Made by a program: the position numbers and the translations under genes
NCBI GenBank assembly: GCA_040954595.2
Contig: CM082577.2
Location: 15,197,903 to 15,261,902 of the forward strand
DNA: 64,000 nucleotides
DNA from: Balanoglossus misakiensis
Lineage: Eukaryota > Animalia > Hemichordata
Direction of reading: 5' to 3'
Notes under the pieces: model-generated
Databases searched by the model: none
What the model saw: the letters and a program-made list of their open reading frames with translations, nothing else
What the model was told of the DNA's origin: nothing
In this document: one piece after another, positions 1 to 14,449 of the stretch
Position numbering within the stretch: position 1 is the first letter of the stretch
Layout: each line of letters starts with the position of its first letter

Positions 1-281
1 CCCAAATGTTTTCTTTGTGAACAAAAATACTGCCAGTGTGATTTTGTGTTCAAATCCAACTAATTATTATGTAAATTGACTTGTGATACCCTCTCTTAGC
101 ACAAAAAGCATAATTTCAGCCCCAAAATGGTTGCCATAGAAACATGTGATCACTAAACGGATATCATTTTTGTTCTTTTTGAGCCAAGATACCCTTATGG
201 TGAAATTTTTGTGGAAATCGGACCTATTATTATTAAAATTATTATTTTTATATAATTCTTTATTTAATTATTATTATTATT
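1..281. repeat. Interspersed repeat, copy 1 (ends in (TTA)n)
   Basis: Near-identical to 1628-1905 (cccaaatgttttctttgtga...ggaaatcggacctattatta...ttattat). Confidence 0.85.
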
Positions 282-1627
282 ACCAGTTAAGGGGTTTAAA
301 GAATTATATAAACAATTTATCAATTTAATAAGCACGGGTTTATTTTCTGTACAATCATTCCTGATTCTTCAGATTCATAATTTAGTGCTAAAGACAACAT
401 TTTTCAAAGTGGCCTATGTATCTAAAATTGCAGACGTTTCAACGCTTTCGGTTGGAGATTTTCTACATATTCACAAAAAGACCACGGGTATTGTTAAACA
501 CTATTTAAAACCTTGTTACCCGGTGAGTCTGTCTGGTGGCGTGTGTACGACAGATCTGAGGTACAAAACTTCTCTCGAAACCCAACGCGAGTTGGAGACC
601 GAGTTTATTTACGTACAACATTGTAGCAATTTTTCGTATGTTTGCGCGCGCTCCGAAGTCACACTATGTCAACGCGAGTGTGAACGAGCTGTTTCGCGTC
701 GTGACGTCTGCCCAGTTTTCGTGGCTAAAACGACAGGAATAATACCCCACTTGGCTTTAGAATTGCACATATCGTGAGATTTGAGCACCATAGAAACCGT
801 AGATATCGTGGAACAGGAAGGTTATTGTTCAAATCATTGCTTTTAATCGAAGTATTGACCTCTGAGTTATGCTACGTTTGTTTCGGTGTCAAACGGACGC
901 AATGTTTACACGGCAGCCAAATATAAACGGAGAAATAAATGAAGAAATGTTATCATGATACTTTGGATTTCGTGTTATTATTTCTCGGGAATTTTATTGT
1001 TTTCTCAGACGAGCTGACAGGACAGACACACGAGGCATCTCGCGGTTCCGTTTTCAGTGTTGATTTTCAGTGTTGAATTTGATATTTTGACTGTATTTGC
1101 GTGACAGCTGACGGGTCTTCGCATTCATTAGAAGCTATCGTGCGTCGCTGAGATTTGATTCTTCATATAATTAAACGAAAACTATTTCATAACCATACCA
1201 AATAAAACATTTCCAGAAATTTAGAAGTTTGCAGACTTTTCTGCTAAGTTGTCTATTTAGTGTTGAAGTCACGCTGAACTGCCAAATTTAACAGACTCAC
1301 CGTCAACACTCAAATAGTGTACTTCTTCTACGAGTGTGTTCTGTAACTGCCTTCCTTCGATAATCATACAACAACAAATAGACAGTAAACGTGTATGCAG
1401 TACCAATGGATTTATGTTTTAAAAATGGTCGACAGTCAGGAAATATGCATGAACAATCGATTGATTGGAATCCCCAGCGATACTATTATATCTTGTGATT
1501 TTTTGTAGTGAAACTGTGGAAATCGGCAGGCTGCATTGCCAGATGTTCTGCACATGCGCAGTTCCTCTGTCTTGAAAGAAAAGTCAAATTTCACCAACTT
1601 ATAAATATGTGCATTCGGAAAATAAAC

Positions 1628-1905
1628 CCCAAATGTTTTCTTTGTGACCTAAAATACTGCCAGTGTGATTTTGTGTTCAAATCCAACCTATTATTATTTA
1701 AATTGACTTGTGATACCCTCTCTTAGCACAAAAAGCATAATTTCAGCCCCAAAATGGTTGCCATAGAAACATGTGATCACTAAACGGATATCATTTTGTT
1801 CTTTTTGAGCCAAGATACCCGTATGGTGAAATTTTTGTGGAAATCGGACCTATTATTATTAAAATTATTTTTTTATATAATTCTTTATTTAATTATTATT
1901 ATTAT
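1628..1905. repeat. Interspersed repeat, copy 2
   Basis: Direct repeat of 1-281. Confidence 0.85.
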
Positions 1906-2103
1906 GATGATGCAACGAGGCCTGTGATGAACTGACTCAACAGAGCGTCGTATAATACCGAAATCAGAGGCAATTTTGTTGGTTATAGAAATAGGCCCCA
2001 TCATTTCACCAATACTCGAAACGTATTGATCAAAATTTCACCGTCGCCATTATTATGATGTTTGAGCCGATTTCTGTTAAAAAATAGGTCAAAGCAAACT
2101 TAA

Positions 2104-2898
2104 GATGGGTCCCTAGGATCTTTTTGCCCGTTGCTATGGGCCTTTATAGGACATTACACCCCGATTTGGACTAAGCCGTTTTCAGAGTCTAACAAGGGGC
2201 TGGTAACTAGTTAAAAATACGCACGATTGTGAGCGCGCGCCCCCTGACGCCATTGATATGCAAATTAGTTAGGTCAAATTTCAAAAGCCTAAGGCTTTTT
2301 ATTCCGTGACCTCAAAAACGAACTTGATACGTATTCATTAGTTGCTTGAACCAGGGAAGATCGTGACGGATTTTGTTTTCGAATATTATCGTTGTATCCT
2401 ACGATTTCAGCATACCCGTACCACACCTGAAAAAGTCATCGATTTTGGGTGTTTTTGGACGCACTCTTCCACTGGTATCGCTTCTTAGCACGACGAAAAC
2501 CGAAAAAACGATCCGTCACACTATGCGGAAGTGCGTTCTCAACAAGCAGGTCAAATTTGGCTGGCCTACGTCGCCTGTGAAAAAAGCCTTAGGGATTTTC
2601 GTGAACGGTACAAAATCTCTGTGTACAAAACATTGGATTTTTAGCGTTCGATCCAGTTACTGTGGTTACAGGACGCGCACGCTATCGCTGACCGCTGCTT
2701 TGCCGCATTAACGTGGCGGCCTATGGCCGGGCGGTAGCTGCCGTAAACATACTCAGACAGGGGGTGTGCACACAATCGTGTGTATTTTTAACTAGTTACA
2801 AGCCCCTTGTCGGACGTTCATAACGGTTTCGATCAAAATTGAGTGTAGTGTCCTATAAAGGCCCATAGCAACGAGCAAAAAGATCCTAGGGACCCATC
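2104..2898. mobile_element. Non-autonomous DNA transposon (MITE) with TTAA TSD, Kolobok-like termini
   Basis: TTAA|GATGGGTCCCTAGGATCTTTTTGC...GCAAAAAGATCCTAGGGACCCATC|TTAA; imperfect TIRs of >100 bp; no coding capacity. Confidence 0.8.
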
Positions 2899-3649
2899 TT
2901 AAACGTTCAACTTGGCATATTAGTCAGACTCGTGTAGTTCCTGAAGCACCTCGCTACAGCACATCGGCGTGTAGTGAACGAGAGTTTACTCCGCAAGTGA
3001 CGCACGGCACATAGGACTTGAGAGGGATATTTTTTCAGTTATTAGAATTTCCAATTACGTTTTCAAAACTTGCGGTTATTCCATGTTGAATGTATCACGT
3101 TTACGTCGTCGGAACTTCTCCATGCGAAATAAATTTAAATAGAATATAGTATGTGGATGTCTCCATCAATATGAAACCTGCCATCCACTTAGAACGATAC
3201 TACCGCAAACGTTGTTTACCTGATTGCCGTGTAACGAACTATCTGGTCGCGAAATCGCCTAATCTTGGCGCATTTTGGTAAATCAACCATTAACGCGCTG
3301 AATTCTCGTGATGTGACCATATTCCGTTTCGTTGATGCTGTTGTTGTTGCTGTTCCTTTATTCATTCTGCTTCTTGTTCACAATTGTTTTCCAAATAAGT
3401 TTTCGCGGGAAAACTCCTGACACATAGAACTCCTCCAAAAAACATGACAAATTGTATTATGCTAAAATACGTAATGCATCTGGAATAAAGCCTTTCTGGT
3501 TTTCAATAGCAGATAACTTGAATTGAAAGAGATGATCAAAAAAAACTCTTTGCACATAGCAGAGCTTCCAAGTCGACACAACATACAAAAAATTTCAACT
3601 TACACAGATCTAGATATGCTTCCATTGAGTAAAGGCCGATAGTGCTTGT

Positions 3650-6600
3650 AGCAATGTCTGATGGGGTTCTTGTCGGCAAAGCTTGGATTCATTTTGCAGC
3701 ATATCGCTGGCATCGTTCTAACATTAACATCTCAGTATCAGTAATTGTCCGAAGTTCACATGTATGAAAAGCTGCAGGCAAGCATATTTTTTTTCCAAAC
3801 CTCTGCACCAACAATGGGATTAAGACCATTTGGTCCCAGACCAGAGGTACGGAGGGATTGGAGAATACATCGGTTTTTTTGTATGAAGAAACCGTGCGAT
3901 CTAAAGATGGCAAGGTGTTATTCAGCTGCATACCAATAGTGATGATTGACTCGATTTCCTGTATAGCCTCGTTGTTTAAGAGAACACAACATGCATGGGT
4001 CAATTTTCACGTTCCGACTTTTTTTCTCCAAAAAGATATAAGATTGCTCTTATTAGTCGAAAGAGTCGAGAGGGAACAGAAATCACTGACAATATTAACA
4101 TGTCTTTGGCAGCTAGAGTGAGAAGGTGTCAAAATTGAAATATCATCAGCGAGTGCAGGTGCGCCTACAAAAGATGGGCCAATAAAACAGCCGATTTTAC
4201 TTGCTTCAAGCTCAATAAATTAAAGAAGTCATTGATATAAATTTAAAACAATCCTGTAGAGAGTACACTTCCCTGGCGAATTCCCTGTAGTATGGGGAAG
4301 TTTTTGATGTACATGTACCTATGGCAATTTCACAATGTTGGCCATGAAACATAATACTTAAGAGCCTCCAAAGTTTTGAGTTTATCCCCACATTGACAAT
4401 TAACTTTGTGTAAAGGCTATTCAACCACACAGTATCAGAGGCTTTATGAATATCTAGGCTGCACATGAAAACCTTGCTATGGCGTTCAATGTAATGAAAA
4501 ACGGTTTCTTGAATACAAAACGTTGTAGTGATATTACTAAGTCCTGGTTGGTAGCCTACTTGTAGAGGGTGGGGAATCTGTCTTTTCAAAAGCCACAGTT
4601 GTAACCGTTGGAAAATGCACAATTCAGAGAGTTTTTAGAGCGAAGGTATAAGCGAAATTCCCCGATAATTGTTGATATTACACTTGTCTATGTTGCCACC
4701 TTTAAAAATCGGGATAAGATACGCACATTTGAAACTACATCAATCATTGCATTAAACAAGTGAAGAAGACATTTTTTTCAGCACAGGTTCACTAAAAATA
4801 ATGTGGTCATACGTGATACAGTCTGGACCACCAGCTTTCCCACGTTTCAGCTTGCGCATAGCAGAAGTAATATCTTTAAGTGTAAAGTTGGACGACAAAA
4901 CATATTCACAGTTTAATGTACTTTCCATAGCTAATCTGTCAATGTCATTATCAAAAGTAAATTTGCAATTACTTGAAAATGTGCGGTCTTCCAGCGGTTA
5001 ATATAAATTTTTATAGAACTTAACAAAAGAGTCTACAACGTCTTTGGGGTCGCAGATCTTGCGATTGTCGATTTTAAGTACTGGGTTATGATAGTTATTA
5101 TGTTTCCTACGAACATTAACACAACGCCAAAATGTACTGTGATCGAGTTAGAGAGCCGCTTCGATGAAGTTATATTTTTTTCCTGTCACTTTCTCTCTGT
5201 TTCTTCCCAAGTTGTCGGCGAAATTCTCGTTTAGCTTCTTTGTATAACCGAAATGTTTCATGTTCCATAGGTTCCAAAGGTTTCATGTCTTCAGACTCAA
5301 TCCACTGTTTACGGCAATTCCGTGATTTCTGATGAAGCGCTTTGATCTGCGTCCAATACGGTTTTAAAAATGGCTTGAACTGCGAGGACGGAATCTTTTC
5401 ATTGGCAGTGTCACGCATTGTATTAATCAATTCATTTACTTATTGCTCAATGTCAGCTGGACATGATAACGGTTTGTTCATAGGGAGAGAATTTACTTCC
5501 TCAGCCAATGACGCACCGTACGTCAGTTGAACGTGTGCACGGTAGGGCATTCTTAACGAGCAGGTAATTGGTAATGGTCAGACAGATTGAGTGCATCGTC
5601 ACTGAGCACTTTGCAATCAACAATAGTGTCAACAATATCAGTTGACAGTAAAATGAAATCAATACTTGATTGGTACATGCCATCTGCTGAGCAATATGTT
5701 TTAACAGGGCCGGAACAAATCTGCAGAAGGTTTGCAGGCAGTAAGGAGCTCTCGTCCACGAATAGTTGTAAGGATTTTTCCCGTGTAGTGCTTGGCTTAA
5801 TTTTCCTACGTTGACCAAACAAGTTAGTATTGAAGTCTCCCATCATAATGACGTGACCAAGATGGTGTGGGTCACGACGTCACTTCCGGTTTAACCTGCT
5901 TTTCATGGGCAAAACATGGCCGGCCCAGCAGTTTTCTTTCAAGCACTTACAGGGGATATTTTGTGTGGTAGTTAAGGACGCGCGCCGTTTGACTTGCGTA
6001 ACTAACCACATATTTGCAAATATACCTGTATTTGTTGTACTCATTGTGCGTAAAATAAAAAAAATCTTTTGGTTTTCGTTAATTTTCGGTTTGGTATGTT
6101 TTTTTTTAAAACTGTACATATTTGAGAAGAACACTGCGCTGTAATAGAACGAATCGAAAAGCTGCAACGGTATGTTGGCCTACGGTAAGGCTTTTCACGA
6201 TCGTCGGGCATCATGCAGCTACGCCCCGTCGACGTATGGGCATAGCCTAGCCCCGCGGCCAGTAAATCGATCATTACGATCTCTTCCTGATAGACGGTTA
6301 ACATTCAAGCGCCCCAAAAATATCACAGAGAACTTCTTACCAATATGTGCACAACTAAATGTCCGGTGTCACAAAAATCGAAAATATCCTACGTAAAAGG
6401 TTCAAAGAAAGTGATCGGCCAGACGCATCAAACGTGTGTACTCGAGGCCAGCCGGAAGTCAAATGAACGGTTACGTATATTGGAACTCCCATGGTGCTTT
6501 GCAACGTGACCCACACCACCTTGACGTGACCGACAGGACTGTACGGGTGGTAAATATCTTGAAGCAGCTTGATGTAATCCAGGTACGAATCCACCGTGTA

Positions 6601-6960
6601 GTTCACGGGAGGTAAATAAACGCCAAAGATAAATAAATTCATATTAATTTCACAGGTAAATTTCAAGCCAATGATGCGTCATCATTTGAGTATATGTGTT
6701 CAATTTGTGGGATTAGCGATTTTCTGTAAAGAAGTGCAACACCTCCTTGTCCGCGGATCGAAAAATTGTTAGGGTCCAACTCATAAACCCTGCCTGAGGC
6801 ACCAACAGCAGATAAATCGCTGCCAATTGAATGCAGAAAAGGCAGTGTATGGGGGAAGAGCCAATGGTCAGTGATCACACATATACCCATTCTGTCGAGC
6901 AAATTGTCCAGATAAGGAACTGTTGAAATCACACTTCTGACGTTCCAGCATGCAAGTCTC
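3650..6960 (-). pseudogene. Decayed CR1/L2-group LINE ORF2 (AP endonuclease + RT)
   Basis: Fragmented minus-strand frames with GGVALLY, GVYLP, MGDFN, IDFI, SDH (APE) and RGISL, LDIHKASDTVW, PALADD (RT); many stops and frameshifts. Confidence 0.8.
5864..6517. mobile_element. TIR element inserted in the LINE endonuclease region
   Basis: GGTGTGGGTCACG...CGTGACCCACACC inverted termini split the endonuclease between the GVYLP and MGDFN motifs. Confidence 0.65.
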
Positions 6961-7267
6961 CGATGTTCAGTATTTGCACAGTTCTACAACGTCATCAGCA
7001 GCAGGCAGATGAATAAATGTGTGAGAATAAACTTCGGATTACTCATCATTGCCATCAGTGGTGTCAGCGGGAGGTTGACGTTGTTGACGTTGCTTGATAT
7101 GATCTGCAAATTTCTGCTCACCCATCCAGAGTCTACTGAAAACATTTGGAGGCCATGAATTTCTGTCCGGGGCACGCTGTACGTAGTCAACAAGCACATT
7201 AATTTTTCCAGCGACGGTACCTTTCCGCTTGCTAGATGTGACTCTGATAGACGTGAAATGAATATCA

Positions 7268-7620
7268 TTTTTAGGTCCCATTGGTATAGGGACCTAAAAA
7301 TACCATGGGACCTTATGGGATCGGTTGCGTCTGTATGTATGTATGGATGGATGGATGGATGTCTGTGTGTCCGTCCACATAAAAACTTGACAACCGCTGT
7401 GTGTATCACCTTGATATTTGGTGTGCAGATTCAGGCTGGGCTGTACATGGGAGTTTGTTCAAATGAAGTTGTCATGATTGTAGTGCAGGAGCTAAACCCC
7501 ACATTTTGGCATAATTGTGCACTTTGGGTTAAAAGCATGAAACTTGGTACACTTATGCATTGACCCATGGCGGCCATTTTCTGATATGGATCCAAAATGA
7601 CAGCGCCCTCTAGTGGCCAG
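7268..7620. repeat. Helentron/HINE-like non-autonomous repeat fragment
   Basis: Short inverted repeat TTTTAGGTCCC-N9-GGGACCTAAAA followed by a gtat/ggat microsatellite. Confidence 0.4.
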
Positions 7621-7629
7621 AAACGGACA

Positions 7630-8873
7630 CCGCTATATGAGAAGTACTGTACAGAACTAGTTAAGGATACTACCGGTTTCCTTCAACACATTGAGGAAAT
7701 CAACACAAAAGCACCGCTGCAATTCAAGCATATGCTAGCTCTTGATATATTATCACTCTACCCTAATATCGACATAGATGAAATAATAACTGCGATGGAA
7801 AAAGCCTTACGATCACACAAGGACACAAATCCAAGAGATATCGGTAAAATAACACAATTAGCCCGTTATGTTTTAGAAAATAATGTCTTCCAATTCAATA
7901 GTCAGTATTTCAAACAAATCTCCGCGACTGCCATGGGCACACCATTTGCAGTATCATTTGCAAATGTGTATATGAGTTGGTGGATGCGGAAGTTTTATTT
8001 AACAATTCCAAACCACCCAGACGTCACCTCCCGTTTCATAGATGATCTTGCTGCTCTTTCTATGGCTAATGAAGCAGACATACGCACATTCATGGTGCAG
8101 CTTAACAACTGCCATCCCAGGAAAAAAATTCACGGTCAAAATGAGTTCTACTTCTGTTCCATTTTTAGATGTCACACCTCATTTAATTAACCATACATTA
8201 GAGACCGATCTCTACTGTACACCTATTTCTTCTCACCGTTATGTACCCCCATGGAGTTGCCAACCCCTCTCAATCATTTATTCAGGTGCACTCCGCATTC
8301 GTCGCATTTGTAGTAAATCAGAATGGTGTGATCAAATATTATACAGAATTCCACAGTTACCTAAGAAAGAGTGGTTGTTCTAGAAAGATTATTGATCTAC
8401 AGTTTACTCGTGCTTCCTGCCAAAATAGGTCAGAACTTCTTGAATACAAATCAAAATCAATCAACACAAACGAATAGAGTTCCTTGGTTACAACATAAGA
8501 TCCACGCCAACCTCGTCTTAAAGATTTTAGTGATAATAGTCATATCATCCTTACATCATCTAGTCGTATGAAACAAGTGATGTCATTGCCACCAATCATC
8601 GCAGACCGCAAACCACCGACAATCGGTAGTATTCTTCACCACAATAAATTAAAGCAAGTTAGTTCTTTAAACATCACTTGGGATTGTAAACCCTGTAACA
8701 CGGGTATATATGCTTGTTGCTCTATTATACAGGATGTTAAATATTTAAAATCAACAGCGACAGGTAAATCTTTCCAAATTAAAGACGAGGTAAACTGTGA
8801 ATCAAATGTTACGACAGAACTTCATGACCTCTGCGCGCGATCTGTGCGGTACAGAAGTAATTTTCATGAGTGA
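7630..8873 (+). pseudogene. Penelope-like element RT remnant
   Basis: LDILSLYPNI, TAMGTPFAVSFANVYM, RFIDD, VPFLDV, ALRIRRICS and a Cys-rich linker, with frameshifts. Confidence 0.85.
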
Positions 8874-8929
8874 TAAGGTATATTCTGCCGTATTTTTATA
8901 CTCGCTTCGCTCGTAAAAATACTCGGCAG

Positions 8930-9860
8930 GAAACATCTTGTTTGAGTCCGGCTGGTATGTTTTTAGTAATGCTGGTGGGGTGGTTGCTTTCGCGGTGGCT
9001 ATATTGGAGTGTGATGTTTGGTTTTGTGTAGGGTTGGTATGTGTTTCTGGCCAGGTTGAATACAACCAGCCAGAATCAACGACTATCCCAACTATCATCC
9101 GACCAAGCCTCCTTCGACCAAATCGCACAGCCATACAAAAGGCAGTCGACGCCAGTGGAAACAAATACACTCTAAGCTACGAACCAACAACCTCCACGAA
9201 TAAAAGAAGAAACAGACAAAGAAACAACATCATCTCGTACAACCCCCATTAACAAAAACGTCAGCACCAACATCTGACAGAAATTCCTCCTCCTCGAAGA
9301 CAAATGTTTCCCGCAAGACAACAAATTCAGGAAAATATTCAACAGGAACACGATTAAAATTAGCTACAGCTGTATGAACAACACGAAGCAGATCATCGAC
9401 AACCACAACAAACGCATCATACGACAACAACACAGACGAGACAGACAACACCAAGACTTGCAACTGCCGACAAAAGGACAAATGGTGAAATGCCCGCTCG
9501 ACGGTAACTGACTCCAAAACTCCATCATCTACTAGGCCACAGTAACTCGCACAGACAACAACACCTCGGACACATACGTCGGACTAACCGAGAATGACTT
9601 CAAAACAAGATACAGAAACCACACTTCATCTTTCCGACTCGCACGCTCCAGGAACTCCACTGAACTCAGCAAACATATTTGGACTCTGAAGGACAACAAC
9701 ATCGCCCACACTATTTCATGGGAAATCCTAGCCAAAGCCAAGCCATACAACGGTGCAACCTCTGCTTAACAAGAGAAATTTATTATCATTCGCAACGCAG
9801 AAATTTATTATCATTTTACTCTCAATAAAAGAAACGAACTCGTGTCCTCTTGTCGACACG
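8930..9860 (+). pseudogene. Second Penelope-like fragment (GIY-YIG endonuclease end), with a short inverted piece at 8930-9060
   Basis: [26 protein letters not shown]...TYVGLTENDFKTRY, STELSKHIW; the minus strand at 8930-9060 gives a PPALLK RT-thumb-like piece. Confidence 0.75.
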
Positions 9861-10955
9861 ACGATACATGTTACATTACCGACACTAAAATGACTGACTG
9901 GAAGACTAAGTGTAATTTCATTTCATTTAACCTTGACACATTGACTTAAAAACATGCAGGCAGTTATACTGATTAGCGGTAAATATCAATTGCACCAGTA
10001 ATGAAATTAACTTTGTTATCATCATAATTTGTTTGTGGTCTCCAATAAAGTAATATAATAACAGTTGAGTCAAATAATAGTTTAGTCCAGTTGCCCTCGT
10101 AAATAATGGCACAGCCCTACGATGAATGGAATATGAGACTTCACATGCGCCTAACAGTGACTTTGAACAAAAAGTGAATCCTTGGTGACCCAATCGATGT
10201 TTTGTGAAACCAAGCGGCGTACACCTAGATGCAACGCAGGACTATACCTTATGCCCAGTTGCACAATGCTTTCTTCCCAAACGACGCAGAAATCCTTAAG
10301 AAGTGCGCACGGACCCACAAATCTTCTCTTCGCGCGAAAACTAAAAATTACAGACCAGAAATGGTCGCAATCTAACAATGACAAATAAAAGATGCAACAC
10401 TTCACCCTGTAAATCATATAACTTGTCAAGTTTATCCTGTCAATTCCCCTACGTGTGTGACTTTTGAAGAATGCGAGCCAGTATGTCTGGCATGGCAATG
10501 CACAACTAACACTTGTCTAGCACCCTTTATTGATATTTACATAAAATTCCGTGATCAGTTAGTCAATGGCCCACGGAAATTAAATCTTTGCAATATGCAA
10601 TACTGTTTTTAACTTGGTGTCCGAAAATTTTAATTATTCCAGCATGCACCCAAGTAAACTTTTCGTTGAGTCCTTCGGTAGGTGACATGTGTACATGCAC
10701 AAAGACTTTCTCTCTGTTATCTCGTGGAAAGTGTAGTGGTTGGGGCTATTGAAGCAGCAACGTTACGGTTGGTTGGTCTAAACAACCCCAGGAAGTAACT
10801 GCTAATACATAAATAAAGGAATACGGCGTAGCGCCTCCATTGAGCCCATGATCTCTCTTTCTGCAGTGGTTACAATTCTTCGCAAACACGCATTATTTGT
10901 CAAGTAGATAGTTCATATCTAAAATGATCGCAGATTAGCCGCACAACTCGCAACA

Positions 10956-11917
10956 ATGGGTTGTCTGAAAAGCTGTAAAATGTTACCAAATTGTGAAATA
11001 CCTGTGACATTAACTGTCGTTGCTACATTCGTGATGCTGTCGATGGCATTACTGCAGCAAGCAGGTAAGTCACTAATTTTAGATTTTTGCACGTTCAGAG
11101 AGTTTGAAGTTCCTCCAAAAAGGAGCTCATAATTCTTATCATTGTTTCATATACGGTTTAATAAGAATTAACTATTTGATATCCAGATTGCTCCATCCGA
11201 TGCGAGGGGAGGTATCACGCCGGAGCTTACTCGTTTTGTCGGTCTTTGGGTCTTCGCCTTGTTAAAGATGACAGCGAAAGAAAACACACAGCTATAGTAA
11301 ACACTTTAATTGAACGAGGCCTCGAAGCCATGCCGTTCTGGATAGATGGAAAGTTAATGGACGGAGGAAACATAGTCACAAGAGACGGGGACATTGTGAC
11401 CAACATGCCAGAGTGTGAAGGTTATAAGTGCCTCCAACTGAGGTGAGTTGAGCGTTTTGAAAATATATCAAAATATGGAAAATAATATTTGTTGTAGTCA
11501 TTTTAATATATATTCACTTAAAGAAGAACATTTTGGCAAATGCACACCCATACCTAGAGTTCATGGAAAATGTCCATCTATAACTCTGAGAAATGTCCAG
11601 TTTCGTCCAATCGTTACCTTTGAACACCAAACTTTTCCTGTAAAATACACACGGTACAACATTTTGCCTCATTTGTCTATTTTTCTAAAATTTAGATCAA
11701 TTTAACCTTATTCGCAATTTATCACCGGGTCTTAATTAAACTAAGGGGGGAAATTTAGAAAAATTCTAAATAGTTTGACAGATTTACGGTTGACTGGCAT
11801 TAATGGTGAAACTTTAATATAATTTCATAACTTTTTATTCACAGATATAATAGATGGAACTGTGCATCGTGTACGTTCGTCCTTAACCCTTTATGTGAAA
11901 ATACAAGTAAGTTATAG
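10956..11917 (+). CDS. Host C-type-lectin-like gene, 3 exons (10956-11064, 11187-11442, 11845-11917)
   Basis: GT-AG joins keep the frame. Product has a hydrophobic leader, then AYSFCRSLGLRL...FWIDG...CLQL/RYNRWNCASC...PLCE (CTLD pattern). Confidence 0.65.
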
Positions 11918-12079
11918 TTTAACCGTACCCATTTATGTTAAAATACAAGTAAGATCTTTCCAATTTAGTTCAAGGTGTTCCTGGCGAGTGATCAAATCTA
12001 TGCTGGGTTTTTTATCCTATAACATTTTGTCTTTTTACTCTCGTGACTTAATATCACGGGAGTAATGCCTTTTTAGCTC

Positions 12080-12820
12080 ATTTTCCCATTTTCTCTTTAA
12101 TGTCCATTTTGCTAGCATATTGATCCTCTATCATTTTTGCCTTTGTTGTCAGAGCGACTTTCTTTGCAGTGAGCTTTGCTAGTGCACTTGATGCAGTGCT
12201 TCTATATTTACTGACCTTGGAATTCGTGTATGAGCCTGCCATGGAAACACTGTAATTCCTGTGGAATATGCGGGTTCACATCGGTCTCTAGCCTGCATCA
12301 AAACATCTTCCATATGCTTGAAATGATCAGCAAGGCGTCCATGATTATCTTTATCATCCGGTTCGATGAGACCAACATACTGAATATGAACATCTTTAAA
12401 CCTATAGAAGGCAGCCTCAAGAGTGCCGTATATTTCTTCCAGCTCTTCCACTGGTCTTTTGTCCTCATATGTCTTGCATAGTTTCGTATAACAAACAGTA
12501 ACACGAGAGGCAAGACCTGCCCTTCTATGCCCAAGAAAGACAACTTCTCTTTTGTCCCATCCTTTGCCGACCTCGATCATCATTTAAAATATCACGCATC
12601 CAAGCGTCACTGCCTTGTGTACTGCCGGAAGCCATGATCATATGTTTATGTCCTTACACTTATGCGTTTGCTTCAAGTTCCGAATCTAAATCCAGGCCTC
12701 ACTTGATAGGACGTCTTTGTTAGGATGTATTATTGTTAAAATCGACGCCGTTCTCATGAGGTCAACTTGTGGCATTTCAGTTTTTGGCACATGGATTTAT
12801 TCTTGGATATGATAGCAACT
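12080..12820 (-). mobile_element. Partial duplicate of the BEL/Pao element 5' region (leader + gag start)
   Basis: Near-identical to ~20655-21366; the ORF MMIEVGKGWDKRE... is present in both copies. Confidence 0.85.
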
Positions 12821-13164
12821 GCGGGAAGCTGCGATTCTTACAAGATGTTCTCATGCAGCTAATACTGTTTTAAACTATAAATAACCAATCTGACAATGAT
12901 CGAATAGACAAATATTAATGTTCCGGGACCCAGGCGATCAGTGTACTCAATAAACAACTACATCAAAAGTGAATCTGGACTGCCCAAAACCGATGACGTA
13001 ATGTTCTATAAATACTCTGAGCTTGATGTATCGCGAACAAGTGAACACAATGAAACCCAAATGTCCTGCAATCGAACTCCAAACGTTCACAAAATTCACA
13101 CGGCTCAATTTTGGCTGTAACACGCCCCCCCCCCCCCCAAAAAAAAAAAAAATATGGGTCCTTA

Positions 13165-14330
13165 GGGACCGTTCAGTTTTTACGGCTTGGGGGGGGGGGG
13201 GTCGGCAAGTTTGTGTCATCGGTTTTCAAAATCAGGCCGACCCCACCTTCACCCAGCCCCCAAAAATGATGACCCCCCCCTTTGACAGACCCAAAAATAT
13301 GATGACCCCCCCCCCCACCCACGCCGAAAACATTCGCCGTCCTGATCGTATGTACACTGTATGCAATAAAGGGAATGAGGCTCGTCACACCTAGATTATA
13401 AATTTCTTAAAGTAATTGAATTATTTAATAATATCGTTGCAATAAAGAAATCTATGAACAAGATAAAAAGTCAATACAATAGATGCTAGAATTGGTAAAA
13501 CAAGAAAAGTGGCGGGGGTGGGAGTGGGAGGGGGTGTCCCCCTCCCACATAAGAAAATTTTGTAAAATACGGTGCTCAAAATTGCATTTTAATGAACTCA
13601 AAAGCAAATTAAGTCAATGTTAGGCAGGACAAATTTTGATTTTGCCACTCCACTCAAAGTAAGCATAGGGGTGGGGTGGGAATAAGTCTGCCCTGGTACA
13701 CTAGACAAACCAGCGGATAAATGATATGTTGCATAGAATGTAGGGGGTGGGTGTGGGAGGGGGTGTCGCCCTCCCACATAAGAAAATTTTGTAAAATATG
13801 TAGCTCAAAGTTGCATTTTTATGAACTCAAAAGCAAATTCATCTCAATGTTTGGGAGGACCAATTTAACTTTTTGCCATTCCACTCAAAGTTAGAAGATT
13901 TGGCGTCATCTTCGTCATGACATCATTTTAAAAACTTCCAGGATATAGAAGATGCAGCAAGAAACTATCCGTTATGCAAAATGGTTTAAACGATTATTCT
14001 CCTTTATGTATTAACTTTGTTAAATATTATCATCAGTGCGGGTTGGGGTGGCAAGCACTCTGCCCTGGTAGACTAGACAAACCAGCAAAAATCGAAATGT
14101 GGCAGAGAATGTAGGGGGTGGGTGTAGAAAATTTTGTAAAATAAAGGGCGCGAAACTGCAATTTTGTGGACTCAAAAGCAAAAGTTCGGTGGCAAAAGTA
14201 TGTGACCCCCCCTAAACGTTTAAAAAAACCAGACGACCCCCCCCCCTTTTGGACTTCAAAATTCAAGTGACCCCCCCCCCCCTGGATTTTGCCGCCCCCC
14301 CCCCCCCGGCCGTAAAAACTGAACGGTCCC
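13165..14330. mobile_element. PIF/Harbinger-like MITE with TTA TSD
   Basis: TTA|GGGACCGTTCAGTTTTTACGGC...GCCGTAAAAACTGAACGGTCCC|TTA; G/C-run subtermini; internal ~230 bp repeats. Confidence 0.8.
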
Positions 14331-14449
14331 TTACAGAAGAGCATTTCTAAAGTACTACAATACTCTTAACAAGAAACCAAACAACAAACTTGCTTTGGAA
14401 AACACAATGATAACTCTGCAGTGCCAAACATTAAATAAAATTCGACGCA

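Noticed and set aside
385-777. 130 aa ORF and other short ORFs in 1-3.6 kb and 42-47.8 kb
   Set aside because: Mostly non-ATG starts, located in repeats, with no recognisable domains.
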